Shown here: piece after piece, positions 61,190 through 64,000 of the stretch
Position numbering within the stretch: position 1 is the first letter of the stretch
Layout of the letters: the number at the start of each line of letters is the position of its first letter
Assembly: GCF_009914755.1 (NCBI RefSeq)
Contig: NC_060932.1
Source of the DNA: the human T2T-CHM13v2.0 reference genome, Homo sapiens
Direction: 5' to 3' (one strand)
Length of the DNA: 64,000 bases
Notes under the pieces: model-generated
What the model was told of the DNA's origin: nothing
Seen by the model: only the letters and a program-made list of their open reading frames with translations
Databases searched by the model: none
Program-made: the position numbers and the translations under genes

Positions 61190-64000
<2,811 letters not shown>

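Overview
Human (primate) genomic DNA with no prokaryotic features, dominated by repeats: about 70 Alu copies or fragments by hand count, plus MIR, L2, L1, MaLR LTRs and DNA transposons. One spliced ORF can be rebuilt on the minus strand from three exons (55625-55311, 43420-43317, 39556-39304). All junctions are canonical GT-AG and in phase, giving 672 nt = 223 aa + TAA. I recognise the protein as C8orf86 (recalled as now reclassified as a lncRNA), which would place the window at 8p11, just upstream of FGFR1; FGFR1 itself is not in the window. Notable structure: the last C8orf86 exon is built from L2 and MER5A; a near-complete Tigger1 is split by six Alu insertions; a very degraded non-LTR retrotransposon ORF2 (L4/RTE-X-like) lies at ~33.8-35.8 kb. 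There are also several near-adjacent inverted Alu pairs, two almost pure-AT palindromic tracts (one next to a 20-bp-stem hairpin), an unexplained 46-bp diverged direct repeat upstream of C8orf86, and candidate enhancer motif clusters. Nearly all other ORFs in the track are Alu or low-complexity artefacts. I found no convincing wholly new biological system; the best lead is a TE-assembled de novo ORF/lncRNA in the FGFR1 upstream region. Repeat boundaries are read by eye and approximate.
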